A DNA stretch of 64,000 nucleotides. It comes from Chthoniobacterales bacterium (GTDB lineage: Bacteria > Verrucomicrobiota > Verrucomicrobiia > Chthoniobacterales > Chthoniobacteraceae). Below the pieces are notes generated by a model that ran no database searches, had not been told where the DNA came from, and saw only the letters and a list, made by a program, of their open reading frames with translations. The DNA lies in contig JBBQZX010000023.1 of assembly GCA_038207335.1 (NCBI GenBank), positions 28,847 to 92,846 of the forward strand, read 5' to 3'. The translations under genes were made by a program, and so were the position numbers. Shown piece after piece: positions 47,001 to 54,051 of the stretch; the stretch's first letter is position 1; every line of letters begins with the position of its first letter.

Positions 47001-48957
47001 CTTCACCTCGCCGCCGGCAGTAAGCGCGACTGGCGCGTTGAGCTACACTCTCACGCCCGATGCGAACGGCTTTGCGACGGTAACGGTGCTGCTGCACGAC
47101 GACGGCGGCACGGCGAATGGCGGCGCGGACACGAGCGAGCCGCAGACCTTCACGATCACCGTCGTGCCCGTGAACGACCCGCCGTCGTTTGTCAAAGGCG
47201 CGGATCAAAGTGCGCGCCAAAACGCGGGCGCGCAACGGGTGCCGGGGTGGGCGACGAATCTCAGCGCAGGACCCGCGGATGAGAGCGGACAGGCGCTCGA
47301 TTTCATCGTCAGCAACGACAACCCAGCGCTCTTCAGCGTGCCGCCCGCGATCGGCCCGGATGGCGCACTCACCTTCACTCCATCGGCAGGCGCGAGCGGC
47401 ACCGCGACCGTGACCGTGATGCTGCACGACAACGGCGGCACGACGCCCGGCATCGACACGAGCGCCGCGCAGACCTTCCTCATCAGCACGACATTTGTGA
47501 ATGACGCGCCGAGCTTCACCAGTGGCGGCGACCAATCCGCCGCGGAGGAGACCGGCCCGCAAACCATTGATGGATGGGCATCGGCGATCTCGCCTGGACC
47601 GGCGGACGAGGCCGCGCAGATCGTGAATTTCATCCTCGATGTGAGCGATCCCACGATCTTCACGACCGCGCCTGCGATCTCGCCGAATGGCACTCTCACC
47701 TTCACTCCACGCCCCGGCGCGAGCGGCAGTGCGGTCATCACCGTCCGCCTGCACGACACTGGCGGCATCGTGGACGGAGGCGTGGACACGAGCGATCCCA
47801 TCACCTTCACGATCTTCGTCACCTCGTTCCGCGAGGAAATCGGCACCTACAACGGTCTCGTTCGCTCTCCCGATTCGGTCTCGCCGGCGCACAGCCGCGC
47901 GGGGCTCATCCGCGTCACAGTCGCGAAGAGCGGTGCCCTGACCGGCAAGCTCGCGCTCGGCGGCGTGAGTTACAAATTCAAAGGGCGCGTCGATAACGGC
48001 GGCGTCGCGCACTTCGGCCGCAACGGTGCGACATCGTTTGCGCTCGTCCATCGCGGCCAGCCCGCGCGCTCGTTTTCATTCAAAATCGACGTCGCCCGCG
48101 GCACCGACACCCTCACCGGAATGGTCACCGACGGCACCGGCACATTCGCGAAAGTCGAAGCCGACCGCGCGCTCTTTTCCGGTAAGAAAATCCCGGTCGC
48201 ACCGCTGATGAGCGTGCCCTCTGATCTTCTCGGTAAATACACCGTCCTCCTCGCGGCGAAGTCGCCCGCCGAAGAGAGCCGCGCCGCCATGACGTTCCCG
48301 CAGGGCGACGGATTCGGCTTTGTGAAGGTGATCAAAAGCGGAGCCGTGAAGATAGTCGGCACACTCGCGGACGGCACGAAGTTCAGCTACGCGAACGCGC
48401 TTTCCAAAAACGGAACCTGGCCATTTTACGTCCGGCTCCTCAGCGGTTCAGGCTCGATCAGTGGACCGGTTGCGTTCCGCTCGCAACCCGGCATCAGCGA
48501 CCTCGATGGCCTTGATCTCGATTGGTTCAAGTCCGCAAATCCGCGCGCAAAACGCTACCCCACCGGCTGGCCGACTGGCATCCATCCCGACCTGATCGGG
48601 GGAAAATACATCAGGCCAGCAAAGAGCGAGAACATCAGCGTGCTGTCCGGCCTCGCGCCCTCCACGCCGACCGGCAATGCCACCGTGACGCTCAGCGACG
48701 CCGGCCTGCCGCCCGCCGGAATTGAGAAAGCCGTGAACATCGATCCGAAAAACAAAGTCACGGTCGTCACACCCGGATCGGACAAACTCGACGTGAACAT
48801 CTCGCCCGCAAACGGCGGATTCAGCGGCAAGTTCAAGGACCCGGGCACCGGAAAGACGCTCACGTTCAAAGGCGCGATCCTGCAAACGCAGCAGCTCGGC
48901 TCCGGCTTCTTCCTCACGCCGGCCGAGTCCGGCGCGGCGACCGGCGAGCCACGCTGA
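41053..48957 (+). CDS. Giant secreted protein: Asp-box (BNR) beta-propeller head on the same stalk and C-terminal domain as the upstream paralog
   Basis: Signal peptide; Asp-boxes RTTDGGNTW, RSTDGGASF, RSDDSGATW, SANSGGAW; colinear with 35234..40816 from 43381 onward. Confidence 0.88.
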   Translation: MNLLPCSLRLARFSAAAISLSLLWAAPMARAQQQGFPAPVFAKPDGAELARREAAPEAFAPNLPPIPTAQVGGVWTSMGPAPTRSGQVTVPPNNEIAGAIQAIAVHPTNPAILYIGAVNGGVWRTANATAATPTWTPLTDTQGSQSIGAVEFDPTDATFQTLVAGSARTSSYGAVGGATIGVLRTTDGGNTWTALGGSTFSNEHLTSVAARGNIIMAGSDNQWSGGGGNGLFRSTDGGASFIRISGGSGTGLPTGPVSDLVGDPTVTTRFYVAVRTAGIYRSDDSGATWTNVTTGITGITSATTKVEMAVHNNGTTNAVWVGVINNNVLASVWRSTTLGASWTQLDTPPAFNGAQGQIHFGIAADRASANIVYISGDRIAASPFTGNIFRGDATLATGSQFVTIVNGNAGNTTPHADSRELVMDANGNLIEGDDGGLYRRTSPLSSAGTWGSVIGNLAVFEAHDVAYDSVAHVGMVGTQDNGTHIESANGSLIWTFIAGGDGGDVAIDDRSTPGQSIRYGSSQNLGGFFRRTYNAANAQVSSTSPALTVLNGGAAIGVQFTTPIELNEVDATRLIIGGSNSAYESLNRGDTVTALADGFGVNGTFTGNPIAYGGMLTGVPNPDVLYYGSGSAVRVRTTAGGAITNTTAAFPGGTVQDIVLDTNDWRRVFAAGSSSVYVSANSGGAWTNITGNLTGVGSIHTLEFFRLSGVDCVAAGTDVGVFCSFVDNLGTWSRLGSGLPNVLVYDMTFSAVDSVLVVGTLGRSTFRLPIVNNTATVTLPASVTEGGASGTGTVTLNPIPTANVTVTLSASVPARLSVPATVVVTSGQASANFTVSAVNDAILNGSTTVQVDATAASYGSVPGFITVIDNETTTLTVTLPATAVEGATGLTGTVTTAANVGANVAVSLSSNDTTELIVPASVTILSGQNTATFPLTIVDDGIVDGTQTPTVTAQVAGWTSGSRSMSVTDAGVRNFLTELFDNPTTDVNDTAGATYAFTPVATSSGYTASRVVTSTFPTDPTGGTAVAAGDDTSSAVALTGGALVRLFGVDYGTVFIGSNGYLTFGSGDTTFGESIAAHYSLPRVSALFDDLDVSAGGSLTYRQLADRLAVTWQAVPEFNTSTSNNFQIEMFFDGRISITILAIGAVDGLIGVSPGGGTPANFVETNFSGLPGPFLIGPTVSSIANQTILEDQATSALGFTVNDDRTASASLVLSALSSNTTLVPVGNIVFGGSGGNRTVTASPAANQNGSATITVRVTDGDGNTTSVPFSLTVTAVNDAPSFTRGSSQIVLEDATAQTVSGWATALSAGPADESSQVLNFIVSNNNNALFSAQPAVAANGTLTFTPAANASGSATVTVQIHDNGGIANGGVDTSAVQTFTIAVTAVNDVPTFTKGANQSVLEDAGARSVAAWATAISPGPADESGQALDFIVSNTNNALFSAQPAVAANGTLTFTPTANASGSATVTVQIHDNGGGVDTSAAQTFTITVTAVNDAPSFVKGANSTVLEDAGAQTIPGWATALSAGPADESGQALNFIVSNDNAPLFASAPAVSAGGALTFLPAPNANGTATVTVQIHDNGGTANGGLDTSTAQIFTINVTPVNDAPTLSAIANPAAILEDAPGVQTVSLAGISTGPVNETQTLTVTATSDNPALIPTPSIAYTSPGATGSVNYAPAANMSGTATITVRVQDDGGTANGGVDAVTQTFTVTVTGVNDAPSFTRVPDSTVLEDAGAQTIPGWASALSAGPADENGQSLNFVVSSDNAALFSSAPAVSPTGALSFTAAPDANGTATVTVQIHDDGGTANGGVDTSAAQTFTINVTAVNDPPTLNALAPMTVAEDAAEQSVPLAGIGTGAANESQTLVVTATSSDPAIVATPSIDFTSPNATGTLRFTPVANANGSATITVTVNDGGAENPTATRTFTVNVTAVNDSPAFTKGTDQIVNEDSGAQTVAVWAGSISAGPPDEAAQALDFIVSNDNAALFTSPPAVSATGALSYTLTPDANGFATVTVLLHDDGGTANGGADTSEPQTFTITVVPVNDPPSFVKGADQSARQNAGAQRVPGWATNLSAGPADESGQALDFIVSNDNPALFSVPPAIGPDGALTFTPSAGASGTATVTVMLHDNGGTTPGIDTSAAQTFLISTTFVNDAPSFTSGGDQSAAEETGPQTIDGWASAISPGPADEAAQIVNFILDVSDPTIFTTAPAISPNGTLTFTPRPGASGSAVITVRLHDTGGIVDGGVDTSDPITFTIFVTSFREEIGTYNGLVRSPDSVSPAHSRAGLIRVTVAKSGALTGKLALGGVSYKFKGRVDNGGVAHFGRNGATSFALVHRGQPARSFSFKIDVARGTDTLTGMVTDGTGTFAKVEADRALFSGKKIPVAPLMSVPSDLLGKYTVLLAAKSPAEESRAAMTFPQGDGFGFVKVIKSGAVKIVGTLADGTKFSYANALSKNGTWPFYVRLLSGSGSISGPVAFRSQPGISDLDGLDLDWFKSANPRAKRYPTGWPTGIHPDLIGGKYIRPAKSENISVLSGLAPSTPTGNATVTLSDAGLPPAGIEKAVNIDPKNKVTVVTPGSDKLDVNISPANGGFSGKFKDPGTGKTLTFKGAILQTQQLGSGFFLTPAESGAATGEPR

Positions 48958-49005
48958 TCGCCGCGCGCCCTTTACTGGCGGGCGTTCCGCGGCTTACACT
49001 CACGG

Positions 49006-50118
49006 ATGCCCACTGCTGCTCTCGACGACTCCATCGCCGACCGCGTACTCGCTGGCGACCGCGTGACGCCCGACGACGCGCGCGCGCTCTATCGCCTCCC
49101 GCTGAATGAACTCGGCGCACTCGCCGACCACCGCCGCAAGCTCGCGAGGCGCGACGCCTTCGATGGGCGCGGCAACGAAATCGTCACCTACATCATCGAC
49201 CGCAACATCAACTACACGAACGTCTGCAACGTGTACTGCAAGTTCTGCGCGTTCTACCGCACCGAGCGCGACGACGACCACTACGTCCTCACCCTGCCCC
49301 AGCTCGATGAAAAGCTCGACGAACTCAGCGCGATCGGCGGCGTGCAAATCCTGCTGCAGGGCGGGCACCATCCGCGGCTCGGGATCGACTGGTATTTGGA
49401 AATGCTCGCGCACATCCGCGCGAAATATCCGCACATCAACATCCACGGTTTCAGCCCGCCGGAGTTCAATCACTTCGCCGAGGTCTTCAAAATGCCGCTG
49501 CGCGAAGTCATCGCGAAATTCAAGGAGGCGGGGCTCGGCAGCATTCCCGGCGGCGGCGGCGAAATCCTCGTGGATGAAGTCCGCAACCGGATCGCGCCGC
49601 TGAAATGCAACAGCGACCAGTGGCTCGAAGTGATGGCGATCGCGCACGAACTCGGGCTGAACTCCAGCGCGACCATGATGTTCGGGCACGTCGAGACGGT
49701 GGACGATCGCATCGCGCATTTGCAGCGGCTGCGCGATCAGCAGGACGCCACGGGCGGCTTCACGGCGTTCATTTGCTGGACGTTTCAGCAGGGCACGCCG
49801 GGCACCGGCACCGGCCACACGCACCTCCGCGCGGAGCCCGTCGGCAGCGCCGAGTATCTGCGGACGCAGGCGCTCAGCCGCATCTACCTCGACAATTTTC
49901 CAAACGTGCAAAGCTCTTGGGTCACGCAAGGCCCGCGCATCGGCCAGGTTGCGCTGAAGTATGGCGCGAACGATTTCGGCAGCGTGATGATGGAGGAAAA
50001 TGTTGTCAGCAGCGCGGGCACGAGCTTCCGCCTCGCCGCGCAGGAGATCGAAGATCTGATTCGCGACGCCGGCTACGAGCCGCATCGGCGTGATAACTGG
50101 TACGAGTTGCTCGACTGA
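49006..50118 (+). CDS. mqnC: Cyclic dehypoxanthinyl futalosine synthase (radical SAM)
   Basis: RNINYTNVCNVYCKFCAFYR, LQGG, SIPGGGGEIL, ATMMFGH, QSSWVTQG, GANDFGSVMMEENVV. Confidence 0.9.
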   Translation: MPTAALDDSIADRVLAGDRVTPDDARALYRLPLNELGALADHRRKLARRDAFDGRGNEIVTYIIDRNINYTNVCNVYCKFCAFYRTERDDDHYVLTLPQLDEKLDELSAIGGVQILLQGGHHPRLGIDWYLEMLAHIRAKYPHINIHGFSPPEFNHFAEVFKMPLREVIAKFKEAGLGSIPGGGGEILVDEVRNRIAPLKCNSDQWLEVMAIAHELGLNSSATMMFGHVETVDDRIAHLQRLRDQQDATGGFTAFICWTFQQGTPGTGTGHTHLRAEPVGSAEYLRTQALSRIYLDNFPNVQSSWVTQGPRIGQVALKYGANDFGSVMMEENVVSSAGTSFRLAAQEIEDLIRDAGYEPHRRDNWYELLD

Positions 50119-50192
50119 GCGGACCGTGGAGTCCGGGGACTGCGCTCTCCTGAGACAATTGACCGCCTCACGTCCCTCTCTTACTTAACTTT

Positions 50193-51131
50193 ATGCCCAC
50201 ACTCGGCGTCGATTTGGTCGAAGAAATCCTGGAACTCAAGCGCGAACGGAATGCCGTGATCCTAGCGCACAACTACCAGGTGCGCGAAATCCAGGAACTC
50301 GCGGATTTCGTCGGAGACTCACTCGGGCTCAGCTACGAAGCAGCGAAAACCGACGCCGAGGTGATCGCATTTTGCGGCGTACACTTCATGGGCGAGACGG
50401 CGAAAATCCTGAACCCGAACAAGACGGTGGTCATCCCCGACCTTGATGCGGGCTGCTCGTTGAGCGAGTCGTGCCCGGCGGAAAAGCTCGCCGGTTTTCT
50501 CCGCGAGCACGCCGAGAAAAACTACTACGTCATCGCCTACATCAACTGCTCCGCCGGCGTGAAAGCGCTCAGCGACGTGGTCGTGACCAGCGGAAACGCG
50601 GTGAAAATCGTCACTGCCGCGCCCGCGGATCGGAACATCCTTTTCGTCCCGGATCAAAATCTCGGCGCGTGGGTGATGGAGCAGACTGGACGCAAGATGG
50701 AGCTGTGGAAAGGCGCGTGCTACGTGCATGTGGAATTCACGCGCGACTCGATCGAGCGTGCGCGCGCCGAGTGGCCGGACTCGCCGATCGTCGCGCATCC
50801 CGAGTGCACCTACGCCGTGCGCATCCTCGCGGACGAAGTCTGCTCGACGGAGAAAATGATCACGTATTGCCGCGAGTCGCCGTCGAAGTCGTTCGTCATC
50901 GTGACGGAATCCGGGATGCTCCATCGCTTGCGCCGCGAGATGCCGGACAAAGTTTTCATCCCCGGCCCCACCGACCATTGCGCGTGCGCCGATTGCCGTT
51001 TCATGAAGATGAACACGCTCGAAAAACTGCACGCCGCGCTGCTGAATCTCGCGCCCGAGATTATCATTCCCGAGCCGATCCGCGCGCGAGCCGAGTTGCC
51101 GATTCGACGGATGCTCGAGTTGAGCCGGTGA
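50193..51131 (+). CDS. nadA: Quinolinate synthase
   Basis: ILAHNYQ, GDSL, FCGVHFM, AGCSL, YINCS, CYVH, AHPEC, C.FMK. Confidence 0.95.
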   Translation: MPTLGVDLVEEILELKRERNAVILAHNYQVREIQELADFVGDSLGLSYEAAKTDAEVIAFCGVHFMGETAKILNPNKTVVIPDLDAGCSLSESCPAEKLAGFLREHAEKNYYVIAYINCSAGVKALSDVVVTSGNAVKIVTAAPADRNILFVPDQNLGAWVMEQTGRKMELWKGACYVHVEFTRDSIERARAEWPDSPIVAHPECTYAVRILADEVCSTEKMITYCRESPSKSFVIVTESGMLHRLRREMPDKVFIPGPTDHCACADCRFMKMNTLEKLHAALLNLAPEIIIPEPIRARAELPIRRMLELSR

Positions 51132-51154
51132 GGTTTTCGGAGGTTGTTTTTCGC

Positions 51155-51976
51155 ATGAAGATGTCACGGCTTTTTGCGCCGCTTTTCCTTCTCGTTGCCG
51201 CGTTTGCCTTCGCTTCGTGCGAAAAAAAGAACGACCCGGCGGAAGCAGCGACCGCTTTTTTCCAGCAGATCGGAAACGGCCAGCTCGAGGAGGCGTACGA
51301 CAGCGCGGCGTTCGGCTTCAAGGCGCAGCAGAACACGAAACTCTTCGCGCAGACTGCGAAGGAAATGGCACTCACGGAGTTCGCGTCCGCGAGCTGGAGC
51401 GCCCCTGAGATCGAAGATCGCACGGCGAAAGTCACCGGCGAAGTGACAACGAAAAATGGCGCGAAAATCCCGCTGGTGCTGACATTAAGCGACGAGTCCG
51501 ACGCGTGGCGCATCTTCTCGATCAAGAAGCCCCGCGACGTTGAAACGGGCGTGACTGCGAACATTTTTGGGGCGGTTGGAAAAGGCGCGAGCTTTGCCGG
51601 CGCGGTCGATCGCACGCTGCCGCCCGAGCCGATTGTGAAAGACCTCGTGCTCGAGACACTGCTCGCTTTCGACGATGCGATTCGCGCCGGGTCGTTCGAG
51701 GATTTCTACGCGCAGACTTCGAAGCTGTGGCAAGGCCAGCTCACCGTCGGCCAACTCCAGCGCACGTTTCAGCCGTTCATCGACAAGAAAATCAGCCTCG
51801 CGGGAGTCCGTGAATTGGAGCCGGTTTTCGACCAGCCGCCGGAGGTCAACACCGAGGGGCTGCTCATCGTCTCCGGCTACTTTCCGACGAAGCCTTACCG
51901 CGTGATTTTCTCACTGAAATACACGTACGAGCTGCCGAAGTGGCGGCTCTTCGGCATCGACGTGAAGCTGCAATAG
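51155..51976 (+). CDS. Lipoprotein of unknown function (two internally similar domains)
   Basis: Lipobox FASC after a hydrophobic stretch; both halves end in a W-R-(I/L)-F motif. Confidence 0.65.
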   Translation: MKMSRLFAPLFLLVAAFAFASCEKKNDPAEAATAFFQQIGNGQLEEAYDSAAFGFKAQQNTKLFAQTAKEMALTEFASASWSAPEIEDRTAKVTGEVTTKNGAKIPLVLTLSDESDAWRIFSIKKPRDVETGVTANIFGAVGKGASFAGAVDRTLPPEPIVKDLVLETLLAFDDAIRAGSFEDFYAQTSKLWQGQLTVGQLQRTFQPFIDKKISLAGVRELEPVFDQPPEVNTEGLLIVSGYFPTKPYRVIFSLKYTYELPKWRLFGIDVKLQ

Positions 51977-51978
51977 TT

Positions 51979-52902
51979 CTAGTCGCGGAGCTGCGGTAGA
52001 GCGGTTTCGAGGCTGGCGCGGTCGGTGATCGAGATGCACGGTGTTCCTTTCCGCGTGCGGTTGAGGAGCCCGGTGAGGATGCCGCCGGGGCCGAGCTCGA
52101 TGAAGAGCTCACACTTTTCGTGGTCGAGCAGGTATTCCATCGTCTCGGACCAACGGACAGTTCCGGTGACCTGATCCTGCAGCGACCGGCGAATTGCATC
52201 CGGCTCGGAAACGGGGCGCGCATCGACGTTGCAGACGACGGGGAATTTCGGCGTGTGGAACGTGGTGCGCTCCAGTTCTTCGCCGAGTTTGACGTATGCG
52301 GAATCCATGAGGCGCGAATGGTATGCGCCCGCGACATTGAGCATCTTTGCCATGCGGACTCCGTGCTCTTTTGCCAAGCCGACCGCGAGCGCGACTTTCG
52401 TGGCCTCGCCGGAGACGACGATCTGGCCGGGGCTGTTGAGATTTGCGACATCCACATCGGTCTGCGCGGCGAGTTCGCGGATGACGTTTTCATCCGCGCC
52501 GATCATCGCGGCCATCGCGCCGGAACTTTGCTCACAAGCCTCCTGCATGAAGCGCCCGCGCCGAGCGACGAGCTGCAGACCAATTTCAAAATCGAACGTC
52601 CCTGCTGCTGCGTGCGCGGTGAATTCGCCGAGCGAAAGGCCAGCCGCAGCGTGGATGGGAAAGTCGCCGATCTCTGCTCGCAGCGCGGCGAGGCACGCGA
52701 GACCGTGGACAAATAGCGCGGGCTGGCAGTTTTTCGTTTCGGTCAATTCCTCCACCGGGCCGTCGAATGCGATACGACTGAGCGGGAAACCGAGCGCTTC
52801 ATCTGCGCGAGAAAAAAGCTCGGCGGCGCCAGGAAGATCGCGGCCCATGCCGACGTGTTGCGCCCCCTGTCCGGCGAAGAGAATTGCGATGCGTTTGTTC
52901 AT
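51979..52902 (-). CDS. fabD: Malonyl-CoA:ACP transacylase
   Basis: FAGQGAQ, QPAL, GLSLGEF, ANLNSPGQIVVSG, GAYHS, ELGPG. Confidence 0.95.
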   Translation of the reverse strand: MNKRIAILFAGQGAQHVGMGRDLPGAAELFSRADEALGFPLSRIAFDGPVEELTETKNCQPALFVHGLACLAALRAEIGDFPIHAAAGLSLGEFTAHAAAGTFDFEIGLQLVARRGRFMQEACEQSSGAMAAMIGADENVIRELAAQTDVDVANLNSPGQIVVSGEATKVALAVGLAKEHGVRMAKMLNVAGAYHSRLMDSAYVKLGEELERTTFHTPKFPVVCNVDARPVSEPDAIRRSLQDQVTGTVRWSETMEYLLDHEKCELFIELGPGGILTGLLNRTRKGTPCISITDRASLETALPQLRD

Positions 52903-54023
52903 AATGGCAGTGAAAGTTGGATAAGCCGAGCGGCGCGACGGGCCGCGCGTTCGAGGAATTCGGCGCCGCGGCGCATGGCTTCGTCGAGGGGAATCGACTC
53001 GTCGATGATAGCGCAGTCGGCGTCGAAGACCGCGCGCACGGCGGGGTCGTCGGCGATGGAGCCGGCAAATGCGAGCACGGGTTTTCCGAGGGATCTCGCG
53101 AGAGCGGCGACGCCCGCAGGGCCTTTGCCCTCCAGCGTTTGCGCGTCGATGCGCCCTTCGCCGGTGATGACGAGATCGCACTCGGCGATGCGGGCGCGCA
53201 AGCCGATCGCATCGGCGACGACGTCGAAGCCGGACTCGATTTTCGCCCCGCAAAACGCGAGCAGGCCGAAGCCGATTCCGCCCGCCGCGCCCGCGCCGGG
53301 GTGGGCGCGGAAATCGGTATCAAGGTCCTGCGTCACCACGTCCGCGAGATTTTCCATGCACAGCTCGAGCGTCTCGATGGTCTTTGCGTCCGCGCCTTTT
53401 TGCGCGGCGAAAACGCGCGCGGTGCCTCTCTCGCCGAGCAGCGGATTTTGCACGTCGGAGGCGGCAACGATCTCGGGAAATGGGATCGCGTTTTCCGCGA
53501 CGATCCGCGTCAGCGAGAGCAAGTTCGACGGGATCGCAGCGAGCGGTTCTCCGTAGCTGGTGAGGAACTCGTAACCGAGCGCTTCGGCCATCCCGATGCC
53601 GCCGTCGGTCGTCGCGCTGCCGCCCAGACCAACGAGGATTTTCCGCGCGCCGCGCTCGATCGCGGCGCGCATGAGCTGGCCGGTTCCGAAAGTCGTCGCC
53701 CGCAGCGGCGCACGCTCCGCGGGTTGCAGACGCCACAAACCGGACGCCTCGCTCATCTCGATCGCCGCAAGTTTTTCCCGCTCAACCCAGACGTATCGCG
53801 CGTCGATTTCGCGACCGATCGCGTCGGTCGCTTTCGCCACGATCCATTCGCCTCCGAGCGCCTTGCCGAGCGCTTCGGCAAAGCCTTCGCCGCCATCGGC
53901 GATCGGTGCGAGCTGGATTACCGCCTCGGGCCAGACGCTGTGAAATCCGCGCGCAATCGCTTCCGCCACTGCGAACGCGGAGAGCGAGCCTTTGAACTTG
54001 TCGGGGGAGACGAGAATTTTCAT
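52899..54023 (-). CDS. glxK: Glycerate kinase (GlxK/GarK family)
   Basis: PDKFKGSL, ADGGEG, EMSEASGL, GLGGSATTDGG, GAGAAGG, TGEGRID. Confidence 0.9.
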   Translation of the reverse strand: MKILVSPDKFKGSLSAFAVAEAIARGFHSVWPEAVIQLAPIADGGEGFAEALGKALGGEWIVAKATDAIGREIDARYVWVEREKLAAIEMSEASGLWRLQPAERAPLRATTFGTGQLMRAAIERGARKILVGLGGSATTDGGIGMAEALGYEFLTSYGEPLAAIPSNLLSLTRIVAENAIPFPEIVAASDVQNPLLGERGTARVFAAQKGADAKTIETLELCMENLADVVTQDLDTDFRAHPGAGAAGGIGFGLLAFCGAKIESGFDVVADAIGLRARIAECDLVITGEGRIDAQTLEGKGPAGVAALARSLGKPVLAFAGSIADDPAVRAVFDADCAIIDESIPLDEAMRRGAEFLERAARRAARLIQLSLPL

Positions 54024-54051
54024 GAGCGCCGATTCGGCGCGAATCAGTCGG

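Noticed and set aside
36420..47830. Diversity-generating retroelement template/variable repeats
   Set aside because: Differences between repeats are not adenine-specific and there is no reverse transcriptase gene; these are ordinary domain repeats.
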